DNA from: Schmidtea polychroa
Lineage: Eukaryota
Length of the DNA stretch: 64,000 nt
Direction of reading: 5' to 3'
Assembly (NCBI GenBank): GCA_044892525.1
Contig: CM097885.1
Coordinates: 4,528,001 to 4,592,000, forward strand
In this document: positions 25,761-39,135 of the stretch, in pieces
Position numbering within the stretch: the first letter of the stretch is position 1
How the letters are laid out: the number at the start of each line of letters is the position of its first letter
Program-made: the position numbers and the translations under genes
Notes under the pieces: model-generated
What the model saw: only the letters and a program-made list of their open reading frames with translations
Told to the model about the DNA's origin: nothing
Database searches by the model: none

Positions 25761-27489
25761 GCAATTTAAAAAAAATGACAGAAAACTTTATTTTCCAAAA
25801 TTCGCCAATAAAAATTTAAATGACCGTGATTTTTGAAACATTTATAAAATAATTTTATTTTCATAATTTTAAAATTTCCGTGTAGACAATATTTAATTTG
25901 CTAAAGAGTTGGCTGTAAGAAAAATGTCCTTTCGATACATACTATTTTTCATTATAACAATGTATAAATAGAAAGTTAAGGACTATGAAATTATATTGCT
26001 AGCGGTCTTGTTATAATATTTATACGAAATATCCTTGTACTAATAAAAATTTTAAAAAATGTAAAACAAAATTTGGATTTTAATAACTTTAATAAGTTGT
26101 GACGAAAATTGTAAAACTTTTTCTAATTGGTTAAAGACTCACAATGTTCGTTATACGTGCTATACCATTTCCAGCAGACTCGTACTGATTCCGCATCGAG
26201 ATTGGAAACAGCTGGGCCACTTTCAACGTATTTCTGTTTCAAAAGGCTAAATCATCCGTGTTTTCAATATTTACGACACGATTCCTATTTTAATAATGAT
26301 TGAGGGGTTGGAAGAGAAACAATTACATTCAATTTATATATTTTAGATTACTTAATAAGGGAATGTACTGCTTTTTATAATCCAGTTTCATTAATTAAAA
26401 TATTTTTTTTGAATTATTTCCATTCATTTTATTGTTGCTAGTTAAGTTGTTCATTATCTAGAAAAATAATCTAAAAGATAATTAAATAATTTCAAAACTT
26501 AAGAAAGTTTGAGAGTGGATACAATTGACTATTAAATAAAGTGTTGTCATTTATATACTACATATTACACAACAATTAATCAAAACTTGATCAACCGATA
26601 AAATTCAATTATATATATTTCTGATATTATTTATTCGTATCTGAATACCATAATCTCTTCGAACTTCTTTTTGAGAATTTACTTTAACATTGAGATTTTG
26701 CAATTGTGATATTCATTCAATAAATATATATAAATATCAATTTCTTTTCAAAATAATTAATAGTAAAACCTAATGAGCATCACTCAGATCAGAAAGTTGC
26801 GCCGAGTTAGGTTTTTGTCTTTTTGAGTTATCGAAATAAAATATGTTAAAATTTTAAAATAAATCTATTAGACAGTAACCGTGACTTTAAAATTACTTCA
26901 TTTTAAATTATGTACTAACAAATAAGATTAGTGTACCATCACTAAAAATGATTTTTACAATTGATCTTGACTTTTAAATAATAGACATTAAAATTTCCTC
27001 TTCAAATGCGGACGAAAATAATAAATCATTTGTATTATAGCGTGATGGTTTATTTACAATAATATTACAAATGTATTTTCGATATAATAAATAAAATGAT
27101 CCTTTTAAATATTCACATTATCTCGCCACCTTGGTTTTTTTTCATTTGGAAGATATCTTTAATTAATCTTTATCACTGCATCGAGTTGTAACCAGGAACT
27201 TTCCATTGTAAGACATCGTTCACTGAGCTGAAAAGAAAATTAAAAATGTATTCAAAAATCTGAAATCGCAACAATTTGTGACTGGTGCCCAATATCGGAC
27301 CCTAATAATTATTTCGATTAATTCCATCATTGTAGACTAAAATAAAAATAAAAATAGAAACATTAGAAAAAATTACCCATACTGTTTCTTCGAATCATTT
27401 TCTTGATATCACTTGAGATATTTTGCATGTTGTTTAAAAGTGATGAAACAATGAAAAACATAGTATATATCACGTTTATTATTCACGAA

Positions 27490-27906
27490 CTAATAAAATA
27501 ATATATAATAAAATATGTAATAGAATAACACGACATTTTTGACAATAAAATTTATTAAAACAAGATTATACATTGATAACAACCATGCAAGGCAATGTTG
27601 GCCACACGTAATTGAAAATGGATGTTGATACCGAGTTTGATTATATACAATAAGTTTAGCAATAGTTTGTAATTTATTAATTAATAAATTTGGGTAATAA
27701 TATCCAAAGGGATCGAATGCATATACTCGGTTTGCTTTCACATATATAGCAATCCAATGTTCACTTCCTAAACTAGATTTATGAGTATTGACGATTATGG
27801 CTTGATTATTTCTCAAATATGGAATTTTATCCAGTGAATAAACTCCAAGAAATTGGTTTCCCAATAATTGAGTACCAATTCGGCAAACCTGAATAAAACT
27901 AATCAA
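27490..27906 (-). CDS. Adenain-like (C5) cysteine protease of Polinton/adintovirus type
   Basis: IIVNTH...GSEHWIAIY...AFDPFG...YQHPFSITCGQHC: His-Asp-Gln-Cys catalytic set. Confidence 0.88.
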   Translation of the reverse strand: MISFIQVCRIGTQLLGNQFLGVYSLDKIPYLRNNQAIIVNTHKSSLGSEHWIAIYVKANRVYAFDPFGYYYPNLLINKLQTIAKLIVYNQTRYQHPFSITCGQHCLAWLLSMYNLVLINFIVKNVVLFYYIFYYILFY

Positions 27907-28628
27907 TAAATTAAATTATAAAATAAAAATATTACGCCATTAAACTGAACGATGTTAAGAAAAGGTATTTTTGTTCAATACACGGTAAAAACAAAATCGA
28001 AACTTGATTTTCTTTACAAACTGAACAAGTTAAATACCTTTTCTTAACATCGTCCTGTTTTTCTGGTTTCAACCTTAAATACATGCAGCTCCAAAATTAT
28101 TCATTCAGTGAATCGTTGTAGTAGATAGTTGTGTGGACTCCAGCCCAACAGGAATCCTCGACTCTCACAACGTTTTTTTGGGCATCTGATACCTCCCCCT
28201 ACTTTTTATAAATTTTTTCGACACCCCTTCATTTTTTTTTAAAATTTAATTTTGTTTAAATCGTTGATTATATCATCAATTTTCATTTTTGTAAGCATTT
28301 TTTATGTCAATAAACTTGAAATTAAATTCTCTATTAAATGAGACTGCCGTAATCAAAATTGTTATATTTCATTTTTAGTGCACTATTTTTGAATTTACAT
28401 TTTTAAACACCTTGAGATATTTTCACTCAAACAATATATAGATAAAATTTAAATCTCTACAAAATGACATCATTATTTATTTCAAATTCACAATCATAAC
28501 ACCTTAAACAATGCCTTTATAGCCATCTTTTACATACACACATTTTCAAATTTTAGAAAATACTTAAGAAAACCCCATTATGATATTAAAAAATTATATT
28601 AAAAGATATATTAAAAACTAAACATTTA

Positions 28629-29048
28629 TTAATATCCCAGAGAAATTCGAGCATTATCTAATCTCCAAATCGGTGATATGACATCTTTTTCATCCATTTT
28701 ATATCCCTGTATTGAAATACTTACAAACCAGCTTTCCCTATTATTTTCAATTTCTTCAAAGGCATCATGAAAACGGGAATTTCGATTGTTGATGAATATA
28801 TTTCCATTGCAACATAGATTCTTATTGATTTTCCACAACACTTTATTTACTGCAGCAACATCTTTTGTTATATGTGTTATGAAACTTGAATATTGCGACT
28901 TGATCAATTTGACTGCATTTGAGAATTTATATGGAATTTCATCTACCAAAAAATACATCTTATGGTTATGATATATTTGTACTGGTTTCACATCATTCTT
29001 GACATGCTTCGTCTCAGTTATTTTCTTAATTTGGTTTGTGTCTTTCAA
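28629..29048 (-). CDS. Hypothetical Polinton-associated protein (5' end disrupted)
   Basis: 139 aa with globular composition, between the protease and PolB shards; no recognised family. Confidence 0.4.
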   Translation of the reverse strand: MKDTNQIKKITETKHVKNDVKPVQIYHNHKMYFLVDEIPYKFSNAVKLIKSQYSSFITHITKDVAAVNKVLWKINKNLCCNGNIFINNRNSRFHDAFEEIENNRESWFVSISIQGYKMDEKDVISPIWRLDNARISLGY

Positions 29049-29074
29049 TAAATTAGAAACTATTTTCTCACCAA

Positions 29075-29790
29075 AAAAAACTTACAAATTATTAAATAAC
29101 CGTTTAGATAATAATTTTAGATAAAAAACTGTTGAAAATCTTAATCGAAGGATGAATATTCGACTACAAATTGTAAATTCTAAACTTATGAAGCACAGAG
29201 TTGCTTTATATTGACATTAATAATCTTTGCGGTTGGACTTTAAGTCAACCATTACCTTGTGATGAATTTAGTTGGGTGCTTGATGGATTTGATTTAATAT
29301 TTGATGAATGTATAAATTTAAATCTTGAATATTTGTCTTATGGATACACTCTTGAAGTTTATCTCGTAATTCCTTCTGAGCTTCATGATAAGTTGGATGA
29401 TTTCCCTGTTGCTGCTGAAAAATGAAACCAGGAAATAGATCAAAGCTAAAATATTGTTATTAACACATCCAAAAACAAATTATGTTATTAATTGGAGGTT
29501 ATTCAAATTATACTTAAAAATATTTTGAAAAATATATTGACACTAATACAGAATTAAGATCAAAAAGTAAAAATACTCTAGAAAAAAAACTATTACAAAT
29601 TATTAAATAACCGTTTAGATAATAATTTTAGATAAAAACTGTTGAAAATCTTAATCGAAGGATGAATATTCGACTTTGCACTACAAATTGTAAATTCTAA
29701 ATCTACTTAAAAAATCGATTAAAATTGACGATGACAATAGCTGCACTGTTAAATCATGATTCTGTATGTTTAGATATACCAAGTTACATT
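29075..29790 (+). pseudogene. Degenerate PolB fragment (motif A-B region) with a ~115 bp direct duplication
   Basis: LYIDINNLCGWTLSQPLP...GYTLEV...DDFPVAAEK, YKLLNN, VENLNRRMNIRL; 29082-29180 duplicates 29594-29700. Confidence 0.85.
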
Positions 29791-29993
29791 GGAAAATCTG
29801 TACTTATTATATAGGAGGTAGTAAAATCATACGAAAAAATACCTTTACAGTCAACTATAGTACCTTGAAAGACAGACGAAGTTAAAGGAAGAGAAGTTAG
29901 TGTTTTCACAGCCTTAGCTAAAGAGTAATTAACAAATTGCATAGAATCTATAAATCTCACAGCCAATTTATTGATATGTACAATGAAAGACAT
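29784..29993 (-). pseudogene. Inverted PolB exonuclease-region fragment
   Basis: INKLAVRFIDSMQFVNYSLAKAVKTLTSLPLTSSVFQG...KGIF.YDF aligns with the PolB at 870-1025. Confidence 0.9.
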
Positions 29994-30687
29994 CGTTTTC
30001 CTCCCATGTTACGCCAGCTGCTGAGATGATGCGCGCTGGGGGTCCTACTGTCAAGTCGATGGACACGCGAGAACTACTACCACCAGTTGAGTTTTCTATT
30101 GATGGGATGCTTGGCTTTGTGGATGCGCGCTCACGCTGTCTCTTCTTACGCTCCGCACGCGATAATTGTTTGCGCCTGGGTTTGCTCGTAGATGTGACTT
30201 GCTGAAGCGCAGCGGGTACAGAGGTACTAGTAGTTGAGATCTTACTAGTACCCGTGATGACGACGTCCGGTCGCATAGGTGACAGTTCGGTTTCCACGCA
30301 GTCTCGACATGGTCTCTTGAGCGGTGGAGATGGATTCGATGAGGAGTTATGATGAGGCGGGAAGATGTTATCGGCCTCTTTGATGGGAATCTGTACGATT
30401 TTTCGTGTTGTGGCTGCTTGCACGTAGACTTTGTGCAGCGCTTCTGCCTGTTCTTTAATAAGGCTTCTCTGGGCACGGCTTTCAGAGATGAGCGCGTCCC
30501 GACAATGCTCACTACGATGGAGCTTCTTTTGGGTCTCCTTCATCTGAGCGGGGGTAAACCAAGTGCCCTCCAGCTCATCTATCTTCTTTTTGTAGCGCCC
30601 GATCTGGGCCTGAAGATCCTTTATAATCGCGTTTTTGTCCGCGCAGGAGAAGCAAGGACGTAAGGTGGATTTCGTAGTTGGCAGCAT
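29968..30687 (-). CDS. GC-rich hypothetical protein (CxxC, coiled coil, basic NLS-like segment), probably 3'-truncated at the PolB shard
   Basis: 239 aa ORF with ATG start preceded by a ttattttacag acceptor; PCFSC-KNAIIKDLQAQIGRYKKKIDELE; PRRKQLSRAERKKRQRER. Confidence 0.6.
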   Translation of the reverse strand: MLPTTKSTLRPCFSCADKNAIIKDLQAQIGRYKKKIDELEGTWFTPAQMKETQKKLHRSEHCRDALISESRAQRSLIKEQAEALHKVYVQAATTRKIVQIPIKEADNIFPPHHNSSSNPSPPLKRPCRDCVETELSPMRPDVVITGTSKISTTSTSVPAALQQVTSTSKPRRKQLSRAERKKRQRERASTKPSIPSIENSTGGSSSRVSIDLTVGPPARIISAAGVTWEENDVFHCTYQ

Positions 30688-32712
30688 AATTGATCAACTG
30701 TAAAATAAGGAACTATAACGACTTAGTAAATCTTTTATATGAATAAGATCTCGGGTCGAATGAGGTTGGTTGGTCACTGTCAGCAGTTAGCGGGTACTCG
30801 GAATAAGTAGGGGAATGGATTTCCCTTCTAGATGATTTGTAACATCGCTTTTATTTAACGAATAGCTCATTAAAGGGGTAGCATTGACGAATGCAAATAA
30901 ATCATTAACTTCGAAATTGAGAGGGTTTATTAATTACTAAATCGCCCTATAATTGTTGGTCTATAAAACATATCTAATTATTTAATGGTACCTTTGAATA
31001 TTGTTTAAAATACTCTTAATTATCCTTTAAAATTTTTACCATGGTTATTCAAAATGTTATTATTCACGAACTCGAATTAATTTACCTATTATTTAAAATT
31101 ACTATTAATTGTTCGTTAGATCACTCGTAACACTCGAATTGACAATTTCCGACTCTATTATTAACGCTTGGCTTTAGTTTTCCACCATTAGTTGGCATGT
31201 CGTGATTATCCCCACTGAACTTAGTCATATTCGTTGCCGCTTAAGTTAATTAATTTAAATCATGGTAATCTATCATTATTAATTTAGTGGTTCGATTTTC
31301 CCTTTGAATTGTTTCCTGCAGAAGAATAATTATCGGTAGTCATTAATTTCGTTTCGTTATTAGTCAAACTACTTTATCTAAAAATTCCTAGTGAATAGCC
31401 TATGTAATGTTACTGTGTGCGGTTATCTCTCGCTGGTCGCGTTACAGTACCAACTTTAAGCGAACTACCGTCTGTCACTCATGGAGCTACTATGCTGATT
31501 AATCAATGTCCCTTCGTTATCAGTTGTAATGCTGGAATCTATGCTAGATACGACATATGGAACACGGATTACTATGATTAGCCATGCACTCGCTGCGTCA
31601 TTATCATCCATCCTCGTGTGTATTTCTCAGGTAATTCTACAGCTGGTGTTGCTACCCATAGTCATGCTAGTATGCCTAATCAATGGAAAATTTATCTGCA
31701 CCCACACATCATATGGACTAATTCTCAACCGTCCAGTTTTCCTGACAATTCTCTCACTTGGATTTTTTGGAATTATTTACTATGTGTGGAGATTTTCCTC
31801 AATTCTGGATATTACTTGATGGAAAAGTTCTACAATTCAACTCCCTACTCTATGTGGGTATTATTTCGATGTTAGACATCCTGATGTGATGGTGTGGAAA
31901 CCGCTGAACGGGTATTTCTAGTTTATTAATAAGTATAAATTAAATAAAATAATTATCAGGAGTTATGTTTTTACTTTAATTTTAATAAATGTTATTTATA
32001 CATTAGAACTTTATCTATTTTAAACTGAAAATGAAGAAATATAGAACTTGTCCTGATTTTTGATTAGTCGAACATAAGTGTGGAATTTAGTACGATGTTA
32101 GAATCAAATTTGACTGATTACGACGATGCTAGCGAAGAGTTAGTCTCATGGTCGCATGGTTCCTCAGGATGGACATTGAAGACATAAGATCATTGTAGAT
32201 GTAGCGTCCACCTCAATCACTGTACATTTCTGAATTCGTTCTAAATTCATGTCACTAATACAACTCGTTTTTCCTCATTCTATCCAATTTTGAGTCAACC
32301 TTCAGCGATTGGACCCGTGAAGAAGCCTTCACCTTTCGGCCCAATCTAGCTGCGTGATTGAAGAACCTCAGATCCGCCGACTGAGCTCCCGAAGGCACCT
32401 CACACCATGATCTGCGGTTCCTCAACTCCACGTTACTCGCATCGAATTTTAATATATATCATATTGACGCATAAAACTCATAAAATAAATCATAAAATTA
32501 CTGAAACTCAGAATCATTTATTATAAGGTTTTCCAAAATCATTCATCAACCTACATTACATTCATACCTTTACTTATTCAGAAACTTTAAAGGAATCAGA
32601 TGAAAAGGATTAAGTTAAAACTTTATTTATGAATATTTATCATTACTGTTAACTATTAACTTTACAACATTAAATGGTAATCAATGAAAACTTCTTACTA
32701 TCGTGATTTGAA

Positions 32713-33490
32713 TGTTGGGCTAAATCGAATTTTTAATCTCCTGGAAATAGGTTGGCTTGAGTTCAGATGTTCCTTGAATGATTAGTACTGCTGCTGCTGT
32801 GTGAAGTTCGGTTAGTTGTGATAGTTGTCGCTCTAGGTGTACCTGTGAAGTGTTTAGAATTAACGGTGGATTTTTTAGACTTTATCTTACCTGTGAAGTG
32901 TTTAGAATTAACGGTGAATTTATGATTTTTGTGCTGGTTTATATATAAATTTTTGATGTGTGCGGACCAATCAAAATTGAGTACCGCTTATTTCTATTAA
33001 TTTAATATAATTTTCTTGTTTTTAGGTTATTTTTCTTATTTTCTTTATTTTTAATATGTTTTTCTATTTATTTCCTTAATTTTCTTATTATTTATTAAAT
33101 TTTCCTTATTCTACTTATTGTTCTATTGTCTTATTTTTATTTTCCTTATTTTTTTTTGTTTTAATTCTTATTTTCCAACTATTGTTTTTATATATTTTTT
33201 CCGATTTTTATTCTTAATTTTGTTTATTTTAGTTTTATTTTCCTTAATGTTCTACTTTGTTAGCTTTTATTTTTTAACATTAAACCTCCGATTCAGCCCA
33301 ACACTATTCTTTCTTTTAAGGATTTTATTATTTTATTATTTATTTCTATTTTATTTAATAGGTGTATTTGATTTCTCTTTGCGTTCCTGGGATTTTGGTT
33401 AGACTTATTTTTATTTTATTTTATTTATTTTGTGGGGTTCTTTTCCTCTCATTCGATCTACCTCCATCACTTTCGAGATTTAGCCCAACA
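32713..33490 (-). mobile_element. LTR-like segment bounded by a 14 bp inverted repeat TGTTGGGCTAAATC
   Basis: TG...CA ends, internal second TGTTGGGCTGAA start at 33303, A-rich tract, GATTGG (CCAAT) box and TATATAAA on the minus strand; similar to 35129 onward. No TSD seen. Confidence 0.55.
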
Positions 33491-35128
33491 TATGTCTAAA
33501 ACAAAAATTACTTTTTACTAACAAGAAAGCAATAAAAAATAAATTAAAATTAATAATAATCATAAAAGAAAATATTATAAACTAGAATTTGTCAAATTCA
33601 AATTAATTTTTTCATCCGGTAGTAATGACATCAGTAGATAAAACCGGTAAGTACATTCCCCAATGAAAGTACCATATTTCAATAAAGAAACCAGACAAAC
33701 CAAAAATGAAAAATTCTATTATACTAAATTACATGGTCTGATCCTGCATTGGCTTTCAGTGATTTCTGCATTTCTAATGGGCTTGACCAAGTGATTCGCA
33801 GCAACACAACTTCAATATATCGTTTTGGAAACTTTCTAATAACTTTTTCACTAAAAATAGACATCACTGATCATCTAATTTGTATCACACTTTTTTATCA
33901 GATGCGATTCTATTATACTAAATTATAAATCTACATTATAATAATATTTACTTTTAAATTATTAGTATTTCATTCACGATTATTATTGTACAAAAGTAAT
34001 AATGCACATCACACATTATGCACTTGTACGTCGTTATAAAATATGCAAGAACGTGTTAGTGTTAAACTTTGAACTATAGGCTATATTTACATTAGTATTG
34101 ATGTGACTAGCATCTTCATAGGCGAGTAAGTTAAGACAGCATAATTGAACAATTCACTGCTGTTACACGCTGAACTTTCTGTCACTTTAAATATGCTTTA
34201 GAAAACGCAAAAATTTCTAAAATCTAACAAAAATTAAATATGAAAAATTAAAAAGTAAAATATTTCAAATTTCCCTTAGACGTGCAGTGCATATCTACCA
34301 CATGGGGAATACCCACCGCTGAAGCTTATATATGTTTCATATTAAGTGGTTTTAGAAATAATAAATTTGTTTTCATCACAATTTCCACTTCAATTTAACC
34401 AACATGTTGTTCATAATATATTTTTACTTTAAAAACGACTTTACCGAGATATTCAATACATATATTCACTTTAACTAAACAATTTTCTTCCAATAATATA
34501 ATTTTTATATAAAGGTGTAATAGATTCATTCTATTACATTTTTAAAATCGTATTTCTAAATACTGTACAATCATGATTGTGGCCCTAAAGAGGGCCGATT
34601 GGTTGTTCGCATATTTTAAATATATATTTAATTACTTACCAATAAATTATTATTGGAATTTTTGATTATCATCATTAACTGATATTCAGGTGAATTCCTG
34701 GTAAATGCTGATATAAACCTGATGGTAATTTGAATGTCATCAGCCACCAAGTCTTCTCTGTTTTTGTTAGTGTGTCATTTGGCATCGGTGTACAGCAGTC
34801 TTCCGTCGAACGAAATAAATCGCTTTATTTTCATTTTTTGAATATAATCTTCCAATTTCTTAATATTTTTCATATTTTTCTCGGGTTTGGGAACATTACT
34901 TCGTATATATATAGTAACTTTGCCTTTTGAGTCCTAATATTGAGTTCCAAATCTTTCTATGTTAAATTAGAGTACATTATCTGAAATTAATATATTTATT
35001 TAAACAAAAATAAATAAAAAATATACTCTTACTTGAAAATAACTAATTGAAAATGATAAATTTCAAACTAAATATACGAGTTCTTATCTATAGTTGCTAT
35101 CTCTACTCAGACTCATAAGACAGCTTAC

Positions 35129-35700
35129 TGTTGGGCTGAAATAAAAAATTAAATAACATAAAAAAAATAAGAAAGAAACACTACGAAACAATACAAACAT
35201 CGTAAATAAATCAGAAAAATAGATTAAAAATCAGAAAATATATTAGGAAACACAATAAAGATGTAGTAACAAATTAAACATAGAGAAATTAAAACAAAAA
35301 AAAATAAAAATAAAAAATCAAGATAGGAAAAACGAGCAAAGTAGGAAAAATAACATAAAAATCAGGTATTTAATAGGAAAATTAAGAAAATAAATAAAAA
35401 GTATAGAAAAAATAAAGAAAAAGTAAGAAAATTAAAATAAATAAATAAACGGCGCCTCAATTCTGATTGGCCCGCGCATTTTCACAGTTAGCTATATAAA
35501 GGCGACACTGAAACAAAAATTTCAGTGTTAACCAATTCATTCATTAGATACAACACAGCATTCGCTTATTCAAGAACAGCCCAGTCAACTACGCAGCCAA
35601 TAAATCATTCGGGAACTTTACAAACTATATTTGCAGCATCAAATTTAGCGATCTAGATAATAGACGGAAAAGTAAATTTTCTACCTTGATAATTTTTCTT
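35129..35700 (+). mobile_element. LTR-like segment of the same family
   Basis: Starts TGTTGGGCTGAA, A-rich tract, cggcgcctcaattctgattggcccgcgca, TATATAAA; the right boundary is approximate. Confidence 0.55.
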
Positions 35701-37165
35701 GTAGTAGTATGCATAAATTATATTAATTGACTTTGGGTAATCATTTCGTGTTCTTTTCGGTCATAATTATAAGTTTTATATTTCATTTTTATGCTTTAAA
35801 TGAATGATGATTGTCTAAATAAATAATTTATAATTAATGAGGTAGATTTTTCTTGATATTAAACACGATTAATGGATATAAACGTAACAAATGAATTATA
35901 ATTGAACAATGATGATATTTTTGAATTTTTATATATTTTCCACGACACTGAGGCTCGGCTGGCCACAGCTCGAGGGACACCGGTTGTTCTTCTTGCCAGT
36001 AGGTTGGGCGATTCTTTAGCATTGTAGTGGTTGGAATCGGGTCATTTTGTGGGGGTTTCTCCACTGATCTGTCGCCACAGGATACGAGTAGTCACTGTCT
36101 AAAAAGGGAGAAAGTCACTATAAACAATTTCTTGTAATAAATCTGAAATTTTCTTAATGAGGCAACGATAACACTCGCAATGACTGATGGAGCCCGTAGT
36201 TCACGAGTTTTTTGGCAGCAGCAGACTCTCACTTCCTTCACATTCTTAAAGAATCGTTGTAAGAGACATCATTTTCAAGCGCGATAGGTCTTGAGAGAAC
36301 TACTTCCAGTGTCGGTTAAGTTGATCCAAACTTGTGCGAGATTTCATCATCTCTGCTGTTCATGAGGCCTTATCGTTGACCTGGGAATCCATTTCGATAT
36401 TTGGCATTTTCTAGAGAACGCGACTATATGACAGCATCTTTCATGAGGGGAATAACCCGCCGAATCACATCGCCTTGACCAATGCTGGGTCCATCATAGA
36501 AAACAATGTATAATTCGATAAAATCTTGATAGTAGGTACTACATCCGGGTGATGATATTCGATATAGTTAGATCACCACTCTTGCGCAATCACACAGAAA
36601 ATCGTATTGCAGGTGGTCCTTCTTCACGATATTTAGATAGCAATGTCGATGAGACAAACAGATAAAGGTTGCCACCGGCAGGTTATTATTATCATTACTA
36701 CACGGCGAATTTTTCCGAAAATACCAGACGGCATGCTTGACGTAATTGTTGAGATCGAGAGATAACGGCATGTGAGGTGTCATGACCTAATCATTGCAAC
36801 GACGAGATAGATAGGAACAACACCACATGCACTAGTCTACCGGGTGGCTATCTTATATGAAATTCACATTTGTTTTTCCTTGCTGTAGTGATTTAGCAAG
36901 TGTCAAATCGGCGCACTGAAAATTTTTGTTGTAACCGATGATCTCAGACGAAAAATTGATGATAGTGATATGCAATCAGTGAACTCAATCCCCGCAAGTG
37001 ACATATGGGGACGATATCGTCGTTTTATTTTTTTTGACAACTCTGCGAACATCGAGCAACACCTAGAAGGAATTTTTGTAAATTGATCATCGTATAATGA
37101 AAAACATTAATAATTAATAATTAATAACTGGTTGTTCATTTTATTTCCTATAGTCATTACATAAT

Positions 37166-38485
37166 CTAACTGAGGCGTCTCTTAGCTACAATCAGCAAAG
37201 GTGAAGAATATGGAGATTTACTGGGTCTGATTATATTATATTTTTGCATTAATTTAATTTGTTTATCTACTGACCCTTGTATACTTTGAGGTATTCTGTA
37301 CGGGCGTATCTTTATCGGTTTATTTTCTGTTAATTTAATTTCATGCTCTAAAATATTAACTTGCCCTAAGTCATATTCATGCTTTGCGAAAACTTGGTCA
37401 TATTTACGTAACAATTGATTAACTCTGATATTTTCTTTTCTAGATAAGGCTTTACTATCGCAGCTCGGTGCGTCATGATATTCAATATCGGGATCTCGTT
37501 CATCCTCTTCTACTGATAATATCGATTCAGACTCTTTCTGCACATTAGAAAGTTGTATTACTTTACCCACTTTGGTCTCTGGTTATAACCCCAATGATTT
37601 GCTTGCTAGATTCGTTAATCTAATCGGGATCCTTCCTCCCCGTACTGTTGCCAAGTTTTCAACCATAGGCGTTTTATACCTATTTACGAACTGCTCACTC
37701 GGTTCGAAAATAACATCTCTTTCCACCTCTTGGTGTGTTGCCACAAAACAAACTGTTTCGGTCATCGGTGGTATTGTCACCGTTCTATCCAAAAACACCA
37801 CATCCACACTGTAGGTTTTCCGTTTACTACCCGTCATCTTTACTAATTCACCTGTTGCACAATCGAATACAATATCTTTTAACTTTTTCAATATATCCAT
37901 TCCCACGATACATTCTGCCATACATTTTCTAGTGACCTTGATATCATGTCTAAATATTTGATCACACAACGTTAATTTGCAATCTAATGTTCCGAAAACA
38001 TTGATAGGTTGTCCATTTGCTCCTGATGCCACAGTTAATGTCGGCACTATTGCTTGTAATTCTTTATCATTTAATAAATTTGCTTCGATCAATGTCAAAT
38101 CTGATCCTGAATCAATAGCGGCATGTGCCGTATGCCTGTTAACTTTTAATTTAATCGTGGGTTTATGAGTCTTTTTTCCCGTATTGACCATTAATATTGT
38201 TGAGATTCCTCGAATATTATCTCTGAATTTTTGTTGATTTTCACTATCATTATCATTTTCCGATTTTATTTTGTCTCGGTACTCTTCCTTTAGCCGTTCC
38301 AACGTGCAAAATGGATATTTCGGTACCATCTCCAATACTGATGTACCCAAGGGTGGCATTGTCACGAACTTCATCCGATACGTTGGGTACGAGGAAAATG
38401 GTAATATATCTGTATTTGTTCTAAACTCGAACCTCTTTAGCATTTCCTCTTCAACTCGTTCTGGTATTATCTTTTTTCTACTCAT
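37166..38485 (-). pseudogene. Ty3/Gypsy pol fragment: aspartic protease and pre-RT region
   Basis: AAIDSGSDLTLI, IVGMDIL; DLGQVNILEHEIKL...IRPYRIP...IIRPSKSPYSSPLLIV. Two ORFs in one frame split by a TAA at 37583. Confidence 0.9.
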
Positions 38486-38500
38486 ATGGTGACAAATAAT

Positions 38501-39135
38501 TCACAGGCCACTCCTGCCGATTCCTCGGTTTTGCTTTAACAGGGTACTGTTGTAAAGTACTATTTTCAAATTTTGAAATTTCGGTTTTTTGTTGTCTGGT
38601 TTTATTGAGGTGTTGTCTGAGGTCTCATATCCCTCTAGGTTACCTCCCTCGTCAGAATTGTCATCGTCTCGATGACTAGGTTCATACATTATTAATTCAT
38701 GCTTCTTTATATTTTGTCTCTTCATTCTTTTAATCTCTTTATTATAATGATGAAATACTGCAAAGTCTGCACAAACTGAACACATTCCTAGTAGCAACTT
38801 CCAAGACCATCCCCCGATCTTGAAGATACTATAGGTCGAAATTAATTGCGATATGATTATTTTCAATATCACCACTATTGCTACAAAAATGTCAAAGCTT
38901 GTAAATCTACCCCAGATTTTTCGTATTACATTTGAAGGCAGCTTGTTTGTAATTTTCTGGTCCAAATAATAAGTTATAGTCCGATTTTTCATCATATGAT
39001 TGATAAATTCTTGTTATTATCTCTGTCACTTCCCGATTTCTAATTTGGGGAAATACAATTGCTCTCCGCGCTTCTTCAATATCTTCCGGAGTATATACTC
39101 CACCTTTTGACATCTCATTTAAGCCAACTCACTTC
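38501..39135 (-). pseudogene. Env-like gene fragment resembling the C-terminal part of chuvirus glycoproteins
   Basis: GGVYTPEDIEEARRAIVFPQIR, then after one frameshift IRKIWGRFTSF.IFVAIVVILKII...GGWSWKLLLGMCSV: the pre-TM GxY...MFP motif and WxxFxxF...GWSxxLL TM signature. Recognised by eye, no search run. Confidence 0.62.

Noticed and set aside
31529..31819. Hydrophobic ORF as a second env or membrane protein
   Set aside because: Short, no recognisable motif; hydrophobicity is expected in T-rich DNA.
32713..33490. MITE interpretation of the 14 bp inverted repeat
   Set aside because: Flanks TTGAA and TATGT give no target-site duplication; LTR-like promoter features fit better.
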